Part shown: one piece after another, positions 14,909 to 28,490 of the stretch
Layout of the letters: each line of letters starts with the position of its first letter
How positions within the stretch are numbered: the stretch's first letter is position 1
Assembly: GCF_009914755.1 (NCBI RefSeq)
Contig: NC_060926.1
Strand: one strand, 5' to 3'
DNA from: the human T2T-CHM13v2.0 reference genome, Homo sapiens
Length of the DNA: 64,000 bases
The notes under the pieces: generated by a model
The model's input: only the letters and a program-made list of their open reading frames with translations
Told to the model about the DNA's origin: nothing
Databases searched by the model: none
Made by a program: the position numbers and the translations under genes

Positions 14909-17105
14909 AAAAATATTTTACACTATAATATTCATTATAAGTTTAGTGTCACATATATTTTAAAAATGAGGCTATCTGTTCCCTACAATTTCAATTAGGA
15001 AAACATTTTATTTAAATTAGCTAATAGGCAAACGATGAAATGATACCAAACTCTAACAAAATGTGCATTACATATTGCCAGCTTTTGAAAAATGAATTAC
15101 TCTATTCATGTGTCCTATCACTGCTTTTTACTTCTGTATACCCTTGATGGCAGTATTACCTGTGCAGCATACCATCAGCTTAATAACTCTCAAATTCCGT
15201 AACAGTTGAGCCTCATATAAACTAAATTATATCAAGTCTATTCAGTATTCAGAGTCAACAGAAAAAATATAGGAGGGGATATCAAAAAGAAAAAGTAACT
15301 TTCTTCCAAAATGGAAGCAGGTAAAACTTCCATTATACTATCTAAAGATGAATATTATCTTTATATTCTTTATACATTATGTAACTGTAATATTTGTAAA
15401 ATAAAAACATCTGCCTTTTATAATTTTCTTTTACTATGTTTACCATTACCTTTGATTGCAAAGCTACCTCTCAATTACTTTCCTTTATAATTCAGTAAGA
15501 AGAAAAAAAGAATTAAAGGGTTAAGATGCATTTCCCTTTAATTTCATGTGAATACTGGGCTGTAGCTTACTTTCTTGACATTCCTTGGCTGGGTATTTTT
15601 CTACACCATTAAGTTCCATTTCCTATGATTAATGGCACTTTAAAAATGTCAACACAGTAATCAGGCAGATAGTGATACTAATGCCCTCAAATCCTTTCCT
15701 CTAGGGATACCTCTGGAATACAAAAAGAGAAAAAGGGAATTGTTGGAGGTTTGTCTATAATCAGAATGGGGATATATCCTATTTGGCAGGTTGCTGCACT
15801 ATCAAAAAAAGAATGCTTGTGATTTTAAGTCTTTTTTGCATTGTTGTGTTCAACCAGAAAGGTCTCTTCACAGTGATACTCTGATAATAATAATCTGGCA
15901 TCTAGTGGAGAAAGTTCTCCCATCTCTCACTTAAGTAGGGCATCTCTTTGAATTCAAATGTGCAACACTCCTACATTATTACAGCCATATATATGGCCAA
16001 AAATAGACACACTTTATGGTATCCGACTAATTCTCTTGAGAATGTATTTTGGTTAATAGTCTAATAAAATACCAAAACGTTGGTGTTTGGTCTCCCTCTT
16101 TGAAAATGAGCTTTCATCCAAACTGGTGTCCAGTGAGATAACACTGTAAGTCTGTATGTCTGTGGCTTCCACAGCATGGTGGAAAGGCAGCCGGTATCTC
16201 TTAGTGCTGATGGACGAACAGTAGCATACAAGGGTCCCGGTGACAAGGAACAGCTGCTGGAGCTCTGACTGATGGGGCGGATGACACATGACAACCTCTG
16301 CCGAAATCCAACTTCCTTATACAACTTTCTAAATAATGCGTGCCCTGCTGAGCAGGCTTCCCTGGTATTCACCTTCTTGGTTTTATTGGTCTGCAACTGG
16401 CTACTTAGCGGAGTATCTTTCAAATCCTCAAGATTCTGGCTTCTAACCATCTGTTAAAAATGACAGAATGTATACTAATGCGCTGTAAGTCTAGAATCTT
16501 GAATAGCATTTTATAATTAATAAAAGTAACTAAATGGCAGAAACTTCCCAAAGCACTGTATGAGTCTATCTTAAGGTTGCTTGCACATGTGTATGTGTGT
16601 GTGTGAGACAGAGAGAGAGGGAGAGAGGAACTAACTACTACCAAAGTCACTTCCAAATAAAGAATTCTGCCTATAGTGGTTGCAGATGTAACAAGAACAT
16701 TTGTCTGTTTAACCTGGGTGCGTATTTCATATATCATTTTCATTCTCACACATATAAGCCTGAGGGCATTAGTAACTGAAATCAATAAAAAAGCACCAAC
16801 TTGTGCTCCTAGCTAATGCTTCATATTGATCAACCTATTTTTAAATTACTACAAAGTCAAGTGCTTTTTTATTTTGAAAACTTTCTTAAAGTTAACAAGG
16901 TCACGCACACACACACAAAGAGCCAACAACAGACAGAGGAACTGTAAAACGAACTGGGAATAGCATTTAGACTGACCTCTACCTTAATGAATTTTAAATA
17001 TAGTCAACTGTACATGATAGGAAACAATGTTTTATGCTTAGTAGCCATTCAATAAACATATGTTCCTTAAATATCCTAAGAAAAATTTATTCTACATATT
17101 CTAAA

Positions 17106-17193
17106 TTTCACTTCAGAATTAAGTGTGATAAGTAATATCCAATACAAAGTTTCACTTTAGAATTGAGTGTGGTAAGTAATACTCAATACAAAG
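17106..17193. repeat. 44-bp tandem duplication (2 copies, 5 mismatches)
   Basis: TTTCACTTCAGAATTAAGTGTGATAAGTAATATCCAATACAAAG / TTTCACTTTAGAATTGAGTGTGGTAAGTAATACTCAATACAAAG. Confidence 0.9.
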
Positions 17194-18843
17194 TACTTTC
17201 TGGCTCAAAAGTACCAAATAAAAACACACTGCTTTATGAAGCTTGGCATACAGAAGTGAACAGGTAGTGATAAATATCTGTCAGACATTGTTCTAAATAG
17301 ATTTTTCTCGTTTAATCATGACAATGATCCTAAAAGGTAGGTATCATATCATACAGAAAAAAAAAATGAGGTTCAGGGAGTTTAAATAACTTGTCCAAGG
17401 CCATGATGTTATTCTAACTGGAGTTTTATGCCACACACAATATATATGTCTGTGTATAACAAGATATGTAAAATTTAAAGTGCTATATTTGGTTAGGAAA
17501 GAAAATAATACTTTTAGTAATATTTTACAAATAATTTACTGGCAGATTACTTTTAACATTAAAAACACTGAGGAAACCTGCAAAGAAATTATATACATGC
17601 TTTTAAATAGACAATTCTTTCAAAAGTCAATGAATTATTAAAGTCATATTCTCATTTTCTCCACTGTTTTTGGAAGGCTTTTTCAGGTTGGTAAGGACTG
17701 CTGTTTTTATTTAATGTGTAATTTCATCCATCTTACTTAAAGTAAGAAAGTACCATAAATGCAACAAATAAGCACATCATGTTCTTTAAGCACACATCTG
17801 CACAAAGTTAAAATACAGACCTTGCAGCAGAGTTAATGCTTATTTTTCAAACAGAATGCTATATAACCTAAAATGGCTAATATTTTCAACAGAAACTTGT
17901 TATAAGTGCAGGGCTTTTCCCTTCAAAGAATAAGAAAAGTCTTGTAAGGCTTTTCCCAAAGAATAAGAAATTCTCAAGATTCATGACTTCAGACATGGCC
18001 ATTCAGTTTTATGTCATCATTTCCAGCATGGAGATTTAGGAGCTGAGGACTTGGTTCATTACATTAAAGCAACATGATACCCCACAGAGCATAGAAGAAC
18101 CATGGTGATGCAACACAATCACTTTAAAAACAACTTAATATTAGTACGTGCTTTGTGGGCAAAACATATGATTTACAACTCCACCAAGAACCATGCTATA
18201 AGGGCAAAGTACATCTAATAGTCTACCCACTCTCAACACTTTCAAGAGACTTTCCTACTTGTCTATTTTTACCCATTAGCTTTACTCAGTTTTAATGGAG
18301 TAACGCAACAAGCACAAAATTAAATGCAAGAACACATCATTTTAGAAATGAATAGGTACAGGTAGACAGAGCAGGTCTTAATCTGTAATACAGGTTAAAT
18401 ATTCAATAATTTAAAAAGAAAGCTTATACTCTAAGAAAATCTGGCCTTCTAAAAAACTATGTAAACTGTGGGACATAAATGCAAGTTCAGTAGTAATTTG
18501 TTACTCTAAAAATCTGTTACTGTTTCTATATTTTCTCTCTATATAACATATATATGTTACTCTATGTATACATTTCTTTAAAATTTATTACTATTTTCAA
18601 ATTTACTGCTCTTAATATTAAAAATTGAATATAAATTCAAGTGTGGCAAACGAGGAAAACCTGCTGCTCCTTTATGCTATCTACAGAGGAGCTGAATTTA
18701 CACAGCTGAGAATATCACAGTACCTATTTAGATTAGCTTACAGAAGGAGTGCTGGCTTCACCATAGGGGCTGTTCTAGCAGTCAAATCAAAGGGACAGCA
18801 ATGTGAACTGCATTTTAATCATCACTGAGGAATCTTTTCAAAC

Positions 18844-19164
<321 letters not shown>

Positions 19165-21919
19165 TGAAATAGGCCAGAATCCTTAACAATCTATGCTGGT
19201 GCAAAATATACAAGTAATTATAAATTCAAGTATCATTCATTTATAGAGAGGCCCACAGAACTACCTGTTGTACTACAGAAGCTAACAGATATCTAGTGAA
19301 AATAATATTTAAATGGCATTTCTTAGCATAATAATCAACCACAGAAAGGGCAAAGAATTATCCAGTAGAACTTACAGCTGAGACCGTTTTTTTACAGTAA
19401 ATTAACATACTAAGATAAACATTTTAAAAATGTAACCCCTTCAGAAAGTCATGAAGTTGTTCTGAAAGCTCTTCCAGACTCTGATGAGAGAATATAGTTT
19501 TAAAATGCATGCAGCTATCTGGGCATGGGTGGGGGCGTTTTAAATGTTATTTCTTGGTACCATTTGGAGCACCTCCTGCATATATGAGTAGAAGAAAAAA
19601 AAAAGAAATGACAAGAGAAAGATTTCCTGTCATAGATGAAGGAATGCAGTTTGTCTTCCAAAGGACTTGGTATTATAAGCATCAGACTGTTACCTGCTTC
19701 TGACTTCTGAAGAACTTACTAAATGTTTCCTGCTTTTTCAAAGATCTGTTATACATGTACAGAAACTGGATACTCATTGCATGTTGCATTCATTGTATGC
19801 AGGAGAATATATCCTTAGAAAGCTGTTTTATTTTAAAATTTCTATTACTTAGCAATTTAGCATTACTGAATAAGAGTAAAAATTTTTTAAAGTGCCATTT
19901 AAAAAGTCCCGAGATAGAAATCTTCTAAAAGATTTAGGATGATCATCTTTTCAGAAATAGTTGAACAGTGCTCATATAGTTACCTCAAAGTATCTAAGAT
20001 CAGTGAAATAATAACCAATGCCATACACAACCACAGTGATTATGCAACTTTCCCTATTTCAGAACCACTCGCTTTATACTGTGTAATTATCATATAATTT
20101 AAACAACTGTACGTATACCTCTAAATGAGTATGAGTATATAAAAATAGGAAAGGTGTTGTGTACTGAAATGTTGCTATTATTGCTCCAAAGACATCTAAA
20201 CTGTTGTAGGAACTGTCTTAGAAATAAATTTACAAGTGACATTAAAATATCAGTCTTCTCACATTTTGAAAAATAACAAACCATTACCCTCCCAAAAGAG
20301 AACCAGAAAAAAAAAAATCAACAACCCAGTATTATGCAGCCTGATCACCCTTTTCCTGTGAGTATGGTTGTTTCACACACCCTGCCATTCCCCTGCCCAA
20401 ATGATAAAGATTTGCTAAAATCAAGGCTCTTCAAAGGAATGTGACAAAATGCTGAAACCAACAAAAAATAATTTAGAAAAGCATACTCAGCTTTATTCAA
20501 TAAACATTTATTTACTGTGGAGGAAGGCTCTATGAAAGATAACAGAGCCTTTGCCTTGAATGAGCTTACAATCTAATTTTAAGTAATGACAGTATAAAAT
20601 AGTCTTCCGCTTGTATCTGCTCTTTTAGAGGCAGGACTTTATGTGCAGATAAACAGATACTTTTGAAAGTGCGCAGTACAGATTATTTCATTTAATTATC
20701 TCAAATATTTATTGTGAATGTAGATTTGCTGATAAGAAAACAAAATCTCAGAGAGATTAAGAGACTTGCCCACACCTGACAACATAAGGTAGTAGTAGTG
20801 AAGGTAAAAGTTATAACAGATTACATCTTCATTAGCAGGCCTACCCTTTTACTTTCGGAGATTTTCATGCAGACAGATTTAGATCTCTGATAAACCTTGG
20901 CACCCAGGACCACTGCCTGGGAGAAATTTCTTACTATTTTTTAAACCAAATTCAAAAGGAAAAAGCTTTGGCTCTTTTTGAATTTCTGAATAAGAGTTGG
21001 ACAAAATTAAGTTAGTGGTTTCAAAGGCTACAGACTCTCTACAGCTCAAAAACACTGTGTTTAGAATTAATATAATTTAATTTACTGCCTGTAAAGCCAT
21101 AATGTGGATTAGTGCCTGTGAATGTTTGAAAGAAGAGGGCAAATTAAAAAAGTAGTATTTAAAAACATACAGGCTCATGGTGGAAAAGCTGAAATTAAAC
21201 AGACCTTGTACCACTAGGGAATAAAACCTATGTATCAGAGGTAGAGGACTCTTCCTTGGGAAACAGCCTTTTTACTATAAATGCCATCCTGTCAAGGAAT
21301 CCTCCTATCAAAAAATTTGAAAATGCTTAACATCTGCCATTTCAATAAATCCCTAGTTGTCCTCTGAATGGGCAAAAACGTTATTCCATTTAAAGAGTAT
21401 GCAACTGAGGTCAAAGTAACTCGCTTATGGTGACACTGAGAATCAGAAGACAAGCTAAGATTAAAATCCATAGCTAGGCTGGGGGCAGGAAGGGCAGGAG
21501 GGAGATAATGGGAAACTAAATCAATAACCTACTGAGTTTCAGGCTCCAGACTGAGTGGTCTAAACTTGATGAAAAGAAAAAAAGGAGAAGGACAGGCAAA
21601 TATTTTGAAGATGGAAGAGGCTGAAGCAAGCACAACTTTATGATTGGCCAGCAACTCCCTCACACTCCTCCTTCATTGGGTACTAATAGGTTGCTCCAGA
21701 AACACAGGAGAGAAACCAGCATTTTCTCCAGTCTCAAAACCCAATATTAATATTCATTAACAATGTTAAATGTCTCAAATTACATCCAGATCACATGAAA
21801 AAACAACTTTTTTTCTTGGGGACCAACCATTGTAACTCTCCCCCACTCCCTCCAACTACCCCCATTTCTTTTATGGCTTAGCTTAGCCCCTCCTCAATCA
21901 CAACAAAAATAAGAGCAAT

Positions 21920-22105
21920 AATAATCATATTAACACTAGCTTACTCTGTCCAGGTGCTAAGTATTCTACATATATTAATTAATATAACCCCATGAGATAT
22001 GGTACTATTATTACGCACATTTAACAGACAAGAAAACTGAGGTATAGAGAGGTTAAATAACATTCCCAGTTCAAACAGCCATGATTTGAATCCAGGCAGT
22101 CTGAC
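21920..22105 (-). mobile_element. MIR
   Basis: ACAGACAAGAAAACTGAGGTATAGAGAGGTTAAATAAC...GATTTGAATCCAGGCAGTCTGAC. Confidence 0.7.
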
Positions 22106-22398
22106 ATTTCACTGCCTCCAGACTGAGTTAGGGGAAAGTTATGTCAAGTCTCAGGTTCTTGATCTTCCTAGTTTCCTCTACCAGCTTTGCCAGAAACGTC
22201 ATGTGGGCTGTGTTTTGGAACAGTGTGTAAGACATTGGATATGACAATCAATCCATAGCCTGATCATCTAATTCTCAAGTGGGTGAATTTTTTTCACTTT
22301 TCTCATTTGTAAGGGCACTTTTGAAAATATGAATGTTACTTCTTGGGAACTAGAGTAAGATGCTTAGGTTTTAACTACTAACAACAACACACAAAACT

Positions 22399-22520
22399 GG
22401 GCCCAGTGGCACACACATGTAGTCCCAGCCACTAGGGAGGGTGAGGAGTAGGGTCATTAAGCCCAGGAGTTTGAGTACAGCCTGGGCAACATAGAGAGAC
22501 TGCTGTATCTTTAAAAACAA
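22399..22520 (+). mobile_element. Alu monomer (FLAM_A/FAM-like)
   Basis: Single diverged arm TGTAGTCCCAGC...GCCCAGGAGTTTGAG...CAGCCTGGGCAACATAG plus A-rich end. Confidence 0.75.
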
Positions 22521-22969
22521 AATTAACTTTTAGCAATCTGTCCACTTAACATTTTTATATTTTAGGTTTGGCCTCTCTTTTATGATGCTATGTCTTTTTA
22601 TAAGGCAATCTAATATTGTCTAGCCATAGGTCTATTAGAAATTAATGTAGGATAACTAATTGATACACATCTTACATTATCATTTATCAAAAGCCAGGAA
22701 CGAGTCTTTCTGCCCTGCTGCCAATTCTTATAAGGCAAGTCCAAGTTCAGAAAACTTCGGGCTTTTTCAAATTTGCAAATAATCTCTTAGGTCTGTTTAC
22801 CTAATCATCATTTATTGTACAGCATTTGCAGTTGGATTTCTTTTCAGGCAAGTTTCCCACAAAGGAACGTGTTTTTATCATTGCAGGAGTTAGCTGGCAT
22901 GCCAATGCAGAACGAAGCTGTGGTGAATTTTAGATGTAGGGAGGTGTGTTAGACATATTCAGTAGGCTG

Positions 22970-22995
22970 ACTCACCTGTAAGAAAAATTGCAAAT
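22970..22995 (-). promoter_or_regulatory. Candidate recursive splice site (3'SS abutting a 5'SS) in an SRBD1 intron
   Basis: Minus strand ATTTGCAATTTTTCTTACAG|GTGAGT; AG at 22977-22976, GT at 22975-22974. Confidence 0.5.
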
Positions 22996-25139
22996 TACAA
23001 CTCATGGGCCTTCTGGTTGCTCATAGTGAAAACTCTGAATATCAAATCTGTGAAGAGTCAATGGTTGCTGTTTGTTTTTTAAATAAAACCAATGTAAACT
23101 CTTTGCATTACAGTCACTTATTAGTTAGAAGACTTCTTTGCTCGGCAGTAAGCTCCGGTTGGAGGGAAGGCAATGAAGACTCTGAAGGCAATTCTCAAGG
23201 AGCAGTTCAGAGATGCTAAATCCTTGAACAGGAATGGGAAAGAGACAGAGACTGAGATATGCCCACTCATTAAGGGTCTTCAGTAGAGGCCATTCTTCAC
23301 TATCTGGCTTGACTTATTTTAGCTCCACGGCAGGGAGCTAGGCAGAACCTTTTAAGGCCCTCCCCCAATCTCAACTACTTTTTAGCTCAGGGCACCAGTT
23401 AGGAACCTTTATATTCATTTATCTCATGACGGAATCCTTGTGTATCTGTTGGGTTAATCTACTTTTGGTTCTAAAAACCTGACACAAGTTTTTAGTAAAT
23501 TAAAGAAAAACACTGTTTGGCTTTTGTACAGAAGTTTCTTCCCTCCCCAAATAAATATTTTGCTATGTGATTATTCCTGTCCCAGACCTGAATTTTACAT
23601 TGACGGCTGTCTACTCTCTGATACTTTTCAACATTGATTGTAAGGGTCACAAATAAGCACATCAGCAGAAACAAAGGAAATCCTATAGTACAAATATCAC
23701 AAACAGGTATTGATACAAATCATTCCTTGACATACATTTACCTGGTCCATTCCAATGCTACTGCATGTGATATTCCTGCTACACAGGCTGTTAACCACTT
23801 ATAGAAACTAGTATTAGAATTCCTCCCTAATGGGAAAAATTGAAATAACAAATACTAGCTAATGCTTTATCAAAATGAGTGCCAAGTGACAGTCTTGACA
23901 ATAAATTTCCTGATATTTTTCAAGTTAAATCAAGAGCACAACCACTTTCAAGCTTAACTATCTGGAGTGAATCAAATTCTTAATACAGCAGATTCTCTGG
24001 GAGAGTGCCAGGTCTCACTGTGGCACATACAAATCAGCATCATCTGCAGCACCAAGCACTACTCCTGGCACCTTATTCAAGAAAAAGAGGAAATCGGATA
24101 CCTGCCTTAGCTCTCTGGATCAACCCAAATGGTAGGACAAAAACAGAGGGGGTAGTAGTGGGGAGAATAACCCCTAAATAGGCTGTTTCTGGGTCTCATT
24201 CTACTAATATAGCAGCAATTTTACTTATGGTTTATGGTACACAACACAACAAACTCACTCACACACACAGACATGACAGTTTCTGGATGATGACAGAAAA
24301 CAGTAAGAAATCCTCTTTCATGGTCTCTAGACTTTTAGTCTGCAAAATCTAGGAGGGCCTTGGCCCTGGATACAATGCTCTGTGAAGGCAAATGGGATTC
24401 AGTTTGGGGAGGTCTTGAAATTTTTTCAATCCACAAGAGATTCTGGAAGAAGTACTTACACAATATTTAGGAAAGGCAACATTAGGAAAGGATGATCTAT
24501 GTGTTCTACCAACAATTTTGTTTATACAACTGCATTGACCACAGCCAGTTTAGATTATACAAAAAAAAAAATACATGAATTAAAGTAAAGCTAAACATTT
24601 CATTTTGTTCTACTGAAGTTATCAGTTCCTGAGTAGTTCCCTTCCTCAGTGTTCTTTTATGTAGTCATCTTTCATTATTAATTTCTATCATTTATTTTTT
24701 CATCAAACATTGCCGTATCAGTATTTGTCAGGTGCAAGGGATAGAGAGGTAAAACAGGCTCTTATGATCCATGTCCTATTGGAGCTTACAGCCAATAATT
24801 ATAAACTAACCTGAAATTTAATTGTCACTAGCTTAGTAAATCTGGTGCCAAATTTTCAGATGCATTATTTATTTTGCAGAGACAAGGACAATTGAAGGAG
24901 CTCATGGCTTTACTATGATATTCTACTATGTTCTACTCCTTTTTGACCATCTGAGCCTATTATGAGTAAGTGGGGTATGGTGGAGTAACCAAGGGGTACA
25001 TCAAAAGCAGCTTTTTAATGAAAAAAAATTAACATTATTTTTCTTGCTTTTATCCCAGATGTGTCTTAAGATTCCTGATCTCTAAGATCAGTTCAGTGTT
25101 CCCCATATTCTTTGTACTCTTATTTTAATATTTACTCTG

Positions 25140-27300
25140 AATTTTGTTGATGATTTTATGCATCATTTAGAACGTGCAGAGCACTGTGGCAGGGGCTGAA
25201 GAATGTAAAAATGAATAGAGGTGATTTACGCCCTCCAGGAGCCTCCCAAAGTAGGAAGGATATAACTTATACTCACAGATACCATAACAGAGGTAAGAAA
25301 TTAGTAAATGCCCTTAGTGAAGCATAAAGGTTGTTCAAGGAGAAAGATCTCATTTCCAGCTAAGGATATCTCGTCAGATCAAAGATGATTTCAAGGCTCT
25401 GAACTGAGAAGCTGAAAGGATGAACTGAAATAATATGAGATGAAAAAGATTATAGTTGAAGATTTTGGGGAGAGACGGGTTCAGATTTAGGCATATTAGG
25501 TTTGAGATCTTAAGTAGGCAGATACAGTTTGGAAGAGTGTTTTGGACTAAGAATATAAATTTGGAAGTAATGTGCTTATGACAGTCCTTAGAGCCATGGG
25601 ACCAGATGAGATCACTATGGGAGTAATCACTGTTTAGTTCTTTAACTTTTCCCTTTTCCACTCCCCTCCAATACAGTGAGTTTCCACTTCATCCTCCACA
25701 GTGTCTCTAGTATTCATATTATTTTTGCCATTTGTAACCAGTTACTAATTTTCATATCCTTCATCCAATCTTTCAGTAAATCCTATTGAGTCTACTTTTA
25801 AAGTATATCCAGAATCTGAACACTTCTCACCATGTCTTCTGCTGTATCATCTGGATCTCAGTCATCATCTTTCTCTTGGATTACAGCAATTAGTTTAACT
25901 GGTCTCCCTGCTTCTACCACTGCCCCTTACAGTGGACTTAAAACAGCAGACAAGGGGATCCTTTTAACATGTAAATCAGATCATATCACTCTTTCAGAAC
26001 TACAGTCAAACCCCTATAGTAGCCTCCCAATGCCCTTTTGACTCAATCTCCTATTTTTCTCTCCCTTGCTCACTCTGCTCTGGCCACACTGGCTGCCTTG
26101 TTATTCCTTGAACATGTCATGCCTGCTCCCACATTCGAACCTTCACACTGTCTGGCTCCTCTTCCTGGAACTCTTTCTCTAGATATCTGCACAGCTAACT
26201 CTTTCCTCCGTCAAGACTTTTCTTAAATGTCACCAAGTCAATGAGGCCTGCGATGACTACCCTACTTAAATTTTCAAACCCTTACCCACAATCCTGGCAA
26301 TCCCTATTCCATTACTCTGCTCTTTCCCTGTTTCCCACAACATTTTATCACACTGTATAATTTATTTATTATGCTGGTTGTATACTGTGTCTCTTTGAGA
26401 GCAGGGATCTTTGAATGTATTCCAAGATTGCATAACAGTACTTGGAATATGGCAATCACTCAAAAGACTTTTTTAAATGAAAGATTCTGTCAGTTCTAGC
26501 CTAAGTTAATGGAAAGAGATTCATGCCATTAACTATTCATTACCGAGCCTTTTTTGTTTGTCTTGTTTTTGTGTGGGGCTAGTGAGGACTGATGATAAAA
26601 GAAGATGGAGTTGTAAAAGGAGGGACAAAGGGGGGTGGTACAAGTTTCAATTTTAGAAACATAGAGTTTCCATTGCTAAGATATTCATGAGAAAATCTCT
26701 CACAGACAAATGGAAAGGTTGGGCTAGAGCTTAGAAAGGCCTGAACTAGGGATGTTAAGACATAGGATTTGAATTATATAGTCAGGTAAGAGATACAGAT
26801 GGTCATGTGTATGGGTAGAATCATCCAAGGAAGCAAGTAGAACAAGTAGAAAAAATGATGAAGGTCAAAAGCTTGAAGAATATATACATCTACAGGGCCA
26901 GAGGAGAAAGAGAAACCAGAGACAACATAAAAGTCATGGTAGAAGGTTGGTAAGTTGATAGTGTCAAATGTGGCAGAATGGGTAAAAGAGTTAAGAATGG
27001 AAAGAGACGACTGGTCATTAGTTGAGAGAATAATTTCAGAAGAGGGGTAAGGATAGAAGCCAATTGTAAAGGACTGGGAGAAAGCAGGAAGAAAGAATTA
27101 GAGGCAGATAGTTCTGAGAGGGTAAGCAATGAAAAGAAGGAGTGATGGGTTAGAAGGTCTAAGGGAAAGTAAGATAAAAGGTGGCCACAGCTTCTAGCTT
27201 TTCGGAGGTGAGGAATAGGGAGACCCCAGCAATAATACATCTTTGGCCAAAAATGATGAGAAGAAGTGAAGACATTAAAGATACAAGAGACAGTTAGTTA
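25140..27300. mobile_element. L2 cluster (L2a-like on + at ~25770-26480, flanked by - strand L2 pieces)
   Basis: CTCTGCTCTGGCCACACTGGCTGCCTTG, AAATCAGATCATATCACTCT and TTGAGAGCAGGGATC L2 motifs. Confidence 0.7.
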
Positions 27301-28274
27301 TAAAGCTTTATAAAGCTATTATAAAAAACCTTATTCATTCGGCTGCCACTCCCCCACCCCTCACATTTAGAGGTGAGGCAATTAAGACACAGAGATCAAT
27401 ACAATGGGCAAGGTCAGGAGTCCTCAGCAGCAACCTGGCAGAAGTCAGGGTGGGGAAGGAAAGAGAATCAAGACATGGAGGAGCAGTGTAGGGAAGGATG
27501 GGGCAGAAGGAGTAAAAATACAGAGACAATCTGAAGACAGGATTGTAAGGTAGTTTTGAGTTTTTTCAGTGAGGTAAGAACTGTCACCAGGTGAATGTCA
27601 GAAGACACTGAAACAAGTAAAAGGAATTTAGAATAGAATGGCTTCAAAGAACTATTGAGGGAAAATCTATTTGTGGCAACAGTGTAGAGCAATACTCTAA
27701 ATCCCATGTTCCCCTTATATATTCTATAACATGGGTTCTCTTGCCATATTTAATTGACATTCTACCTCCATCCTCTTGCTGAAAACCCTGCTCTGGCTCT
27801 AGGATGAACACGCTACTCCTGCTCTGTACCATACTCCTCTCCTAAAATAAGACAGCAAACACATGCCTCATATAAAAAACATGATGGAAGGGAATTATTT
27901 TTAGTGGAATATTCTTCAGGAAATAGCATATCTGCAGCAGAACAGCATAAAATTCTACATACTCTAGAGAAGAATCCATTTCCTACATACCCCTTAATAA
28001 AATAAATCGGCACAGTTTCATTTATTGGACAGGGTAATGTTTCCTTGAAAGAAAAGGCAGTGTCAAATTTCAGCCACGTGATGATAGAGTAACACTCAAA
28101 GACAGCATATTCCAGATACTTTTTTTTTTTTCTTCTTAAGAAGCACATGTAACACAAGCCCTGTTACTTTTCTGTGCAGAATAATACATAGAGTCTTTAG
28201 GGTACAATACCTTTAATTGGAAAGACCATTATGATTTCATTAAAATCTGGCTGCAAGCTAGCTTTTTCATTGTA

Positions 28275-28490
28275 GCCTAGTTAAAAGCTCAAGCTTTAAA
28301 GTGAGATAGATCTAGTTCAAATCTTGGTTCTACTAGCTAAGTCAGCTTAGGCAATTTACTTACCTATCAGAGACTCTGTATACCTGAAGAAGTGGGAATA
28401 ATAATAGTACCAACCTCACAGGGTTGCTGTGTGAGGTTTAAACATGATGATGCTTCTAACATGCTTGGTAATGAGGAAGTAGTCAATGAA
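28275..28490 (+). mobile_element. MIR
   Basis: GTTCAAATCTTGGTTCTAC...GGGAATAATAATAGTACCAACCTCACAGGGTTGCTGTG. Confidence 0.7.

Noticed and set aside
27298-27317. Overlapping palindromes TTATAAAGCTTTATAA and AGCTTTATAAAGCT
   Set aside because: Explained by a 10-bp tandem duplication of AT-rich sequence
28350-28375. Second AG|GTAAGT juxtaposition on the minus strand (CTCTGATAG|GTAAGT)
   Set aside because: Inside a MIR and lacks a proper polypyrimidine tract; much weaker than the 22975 site
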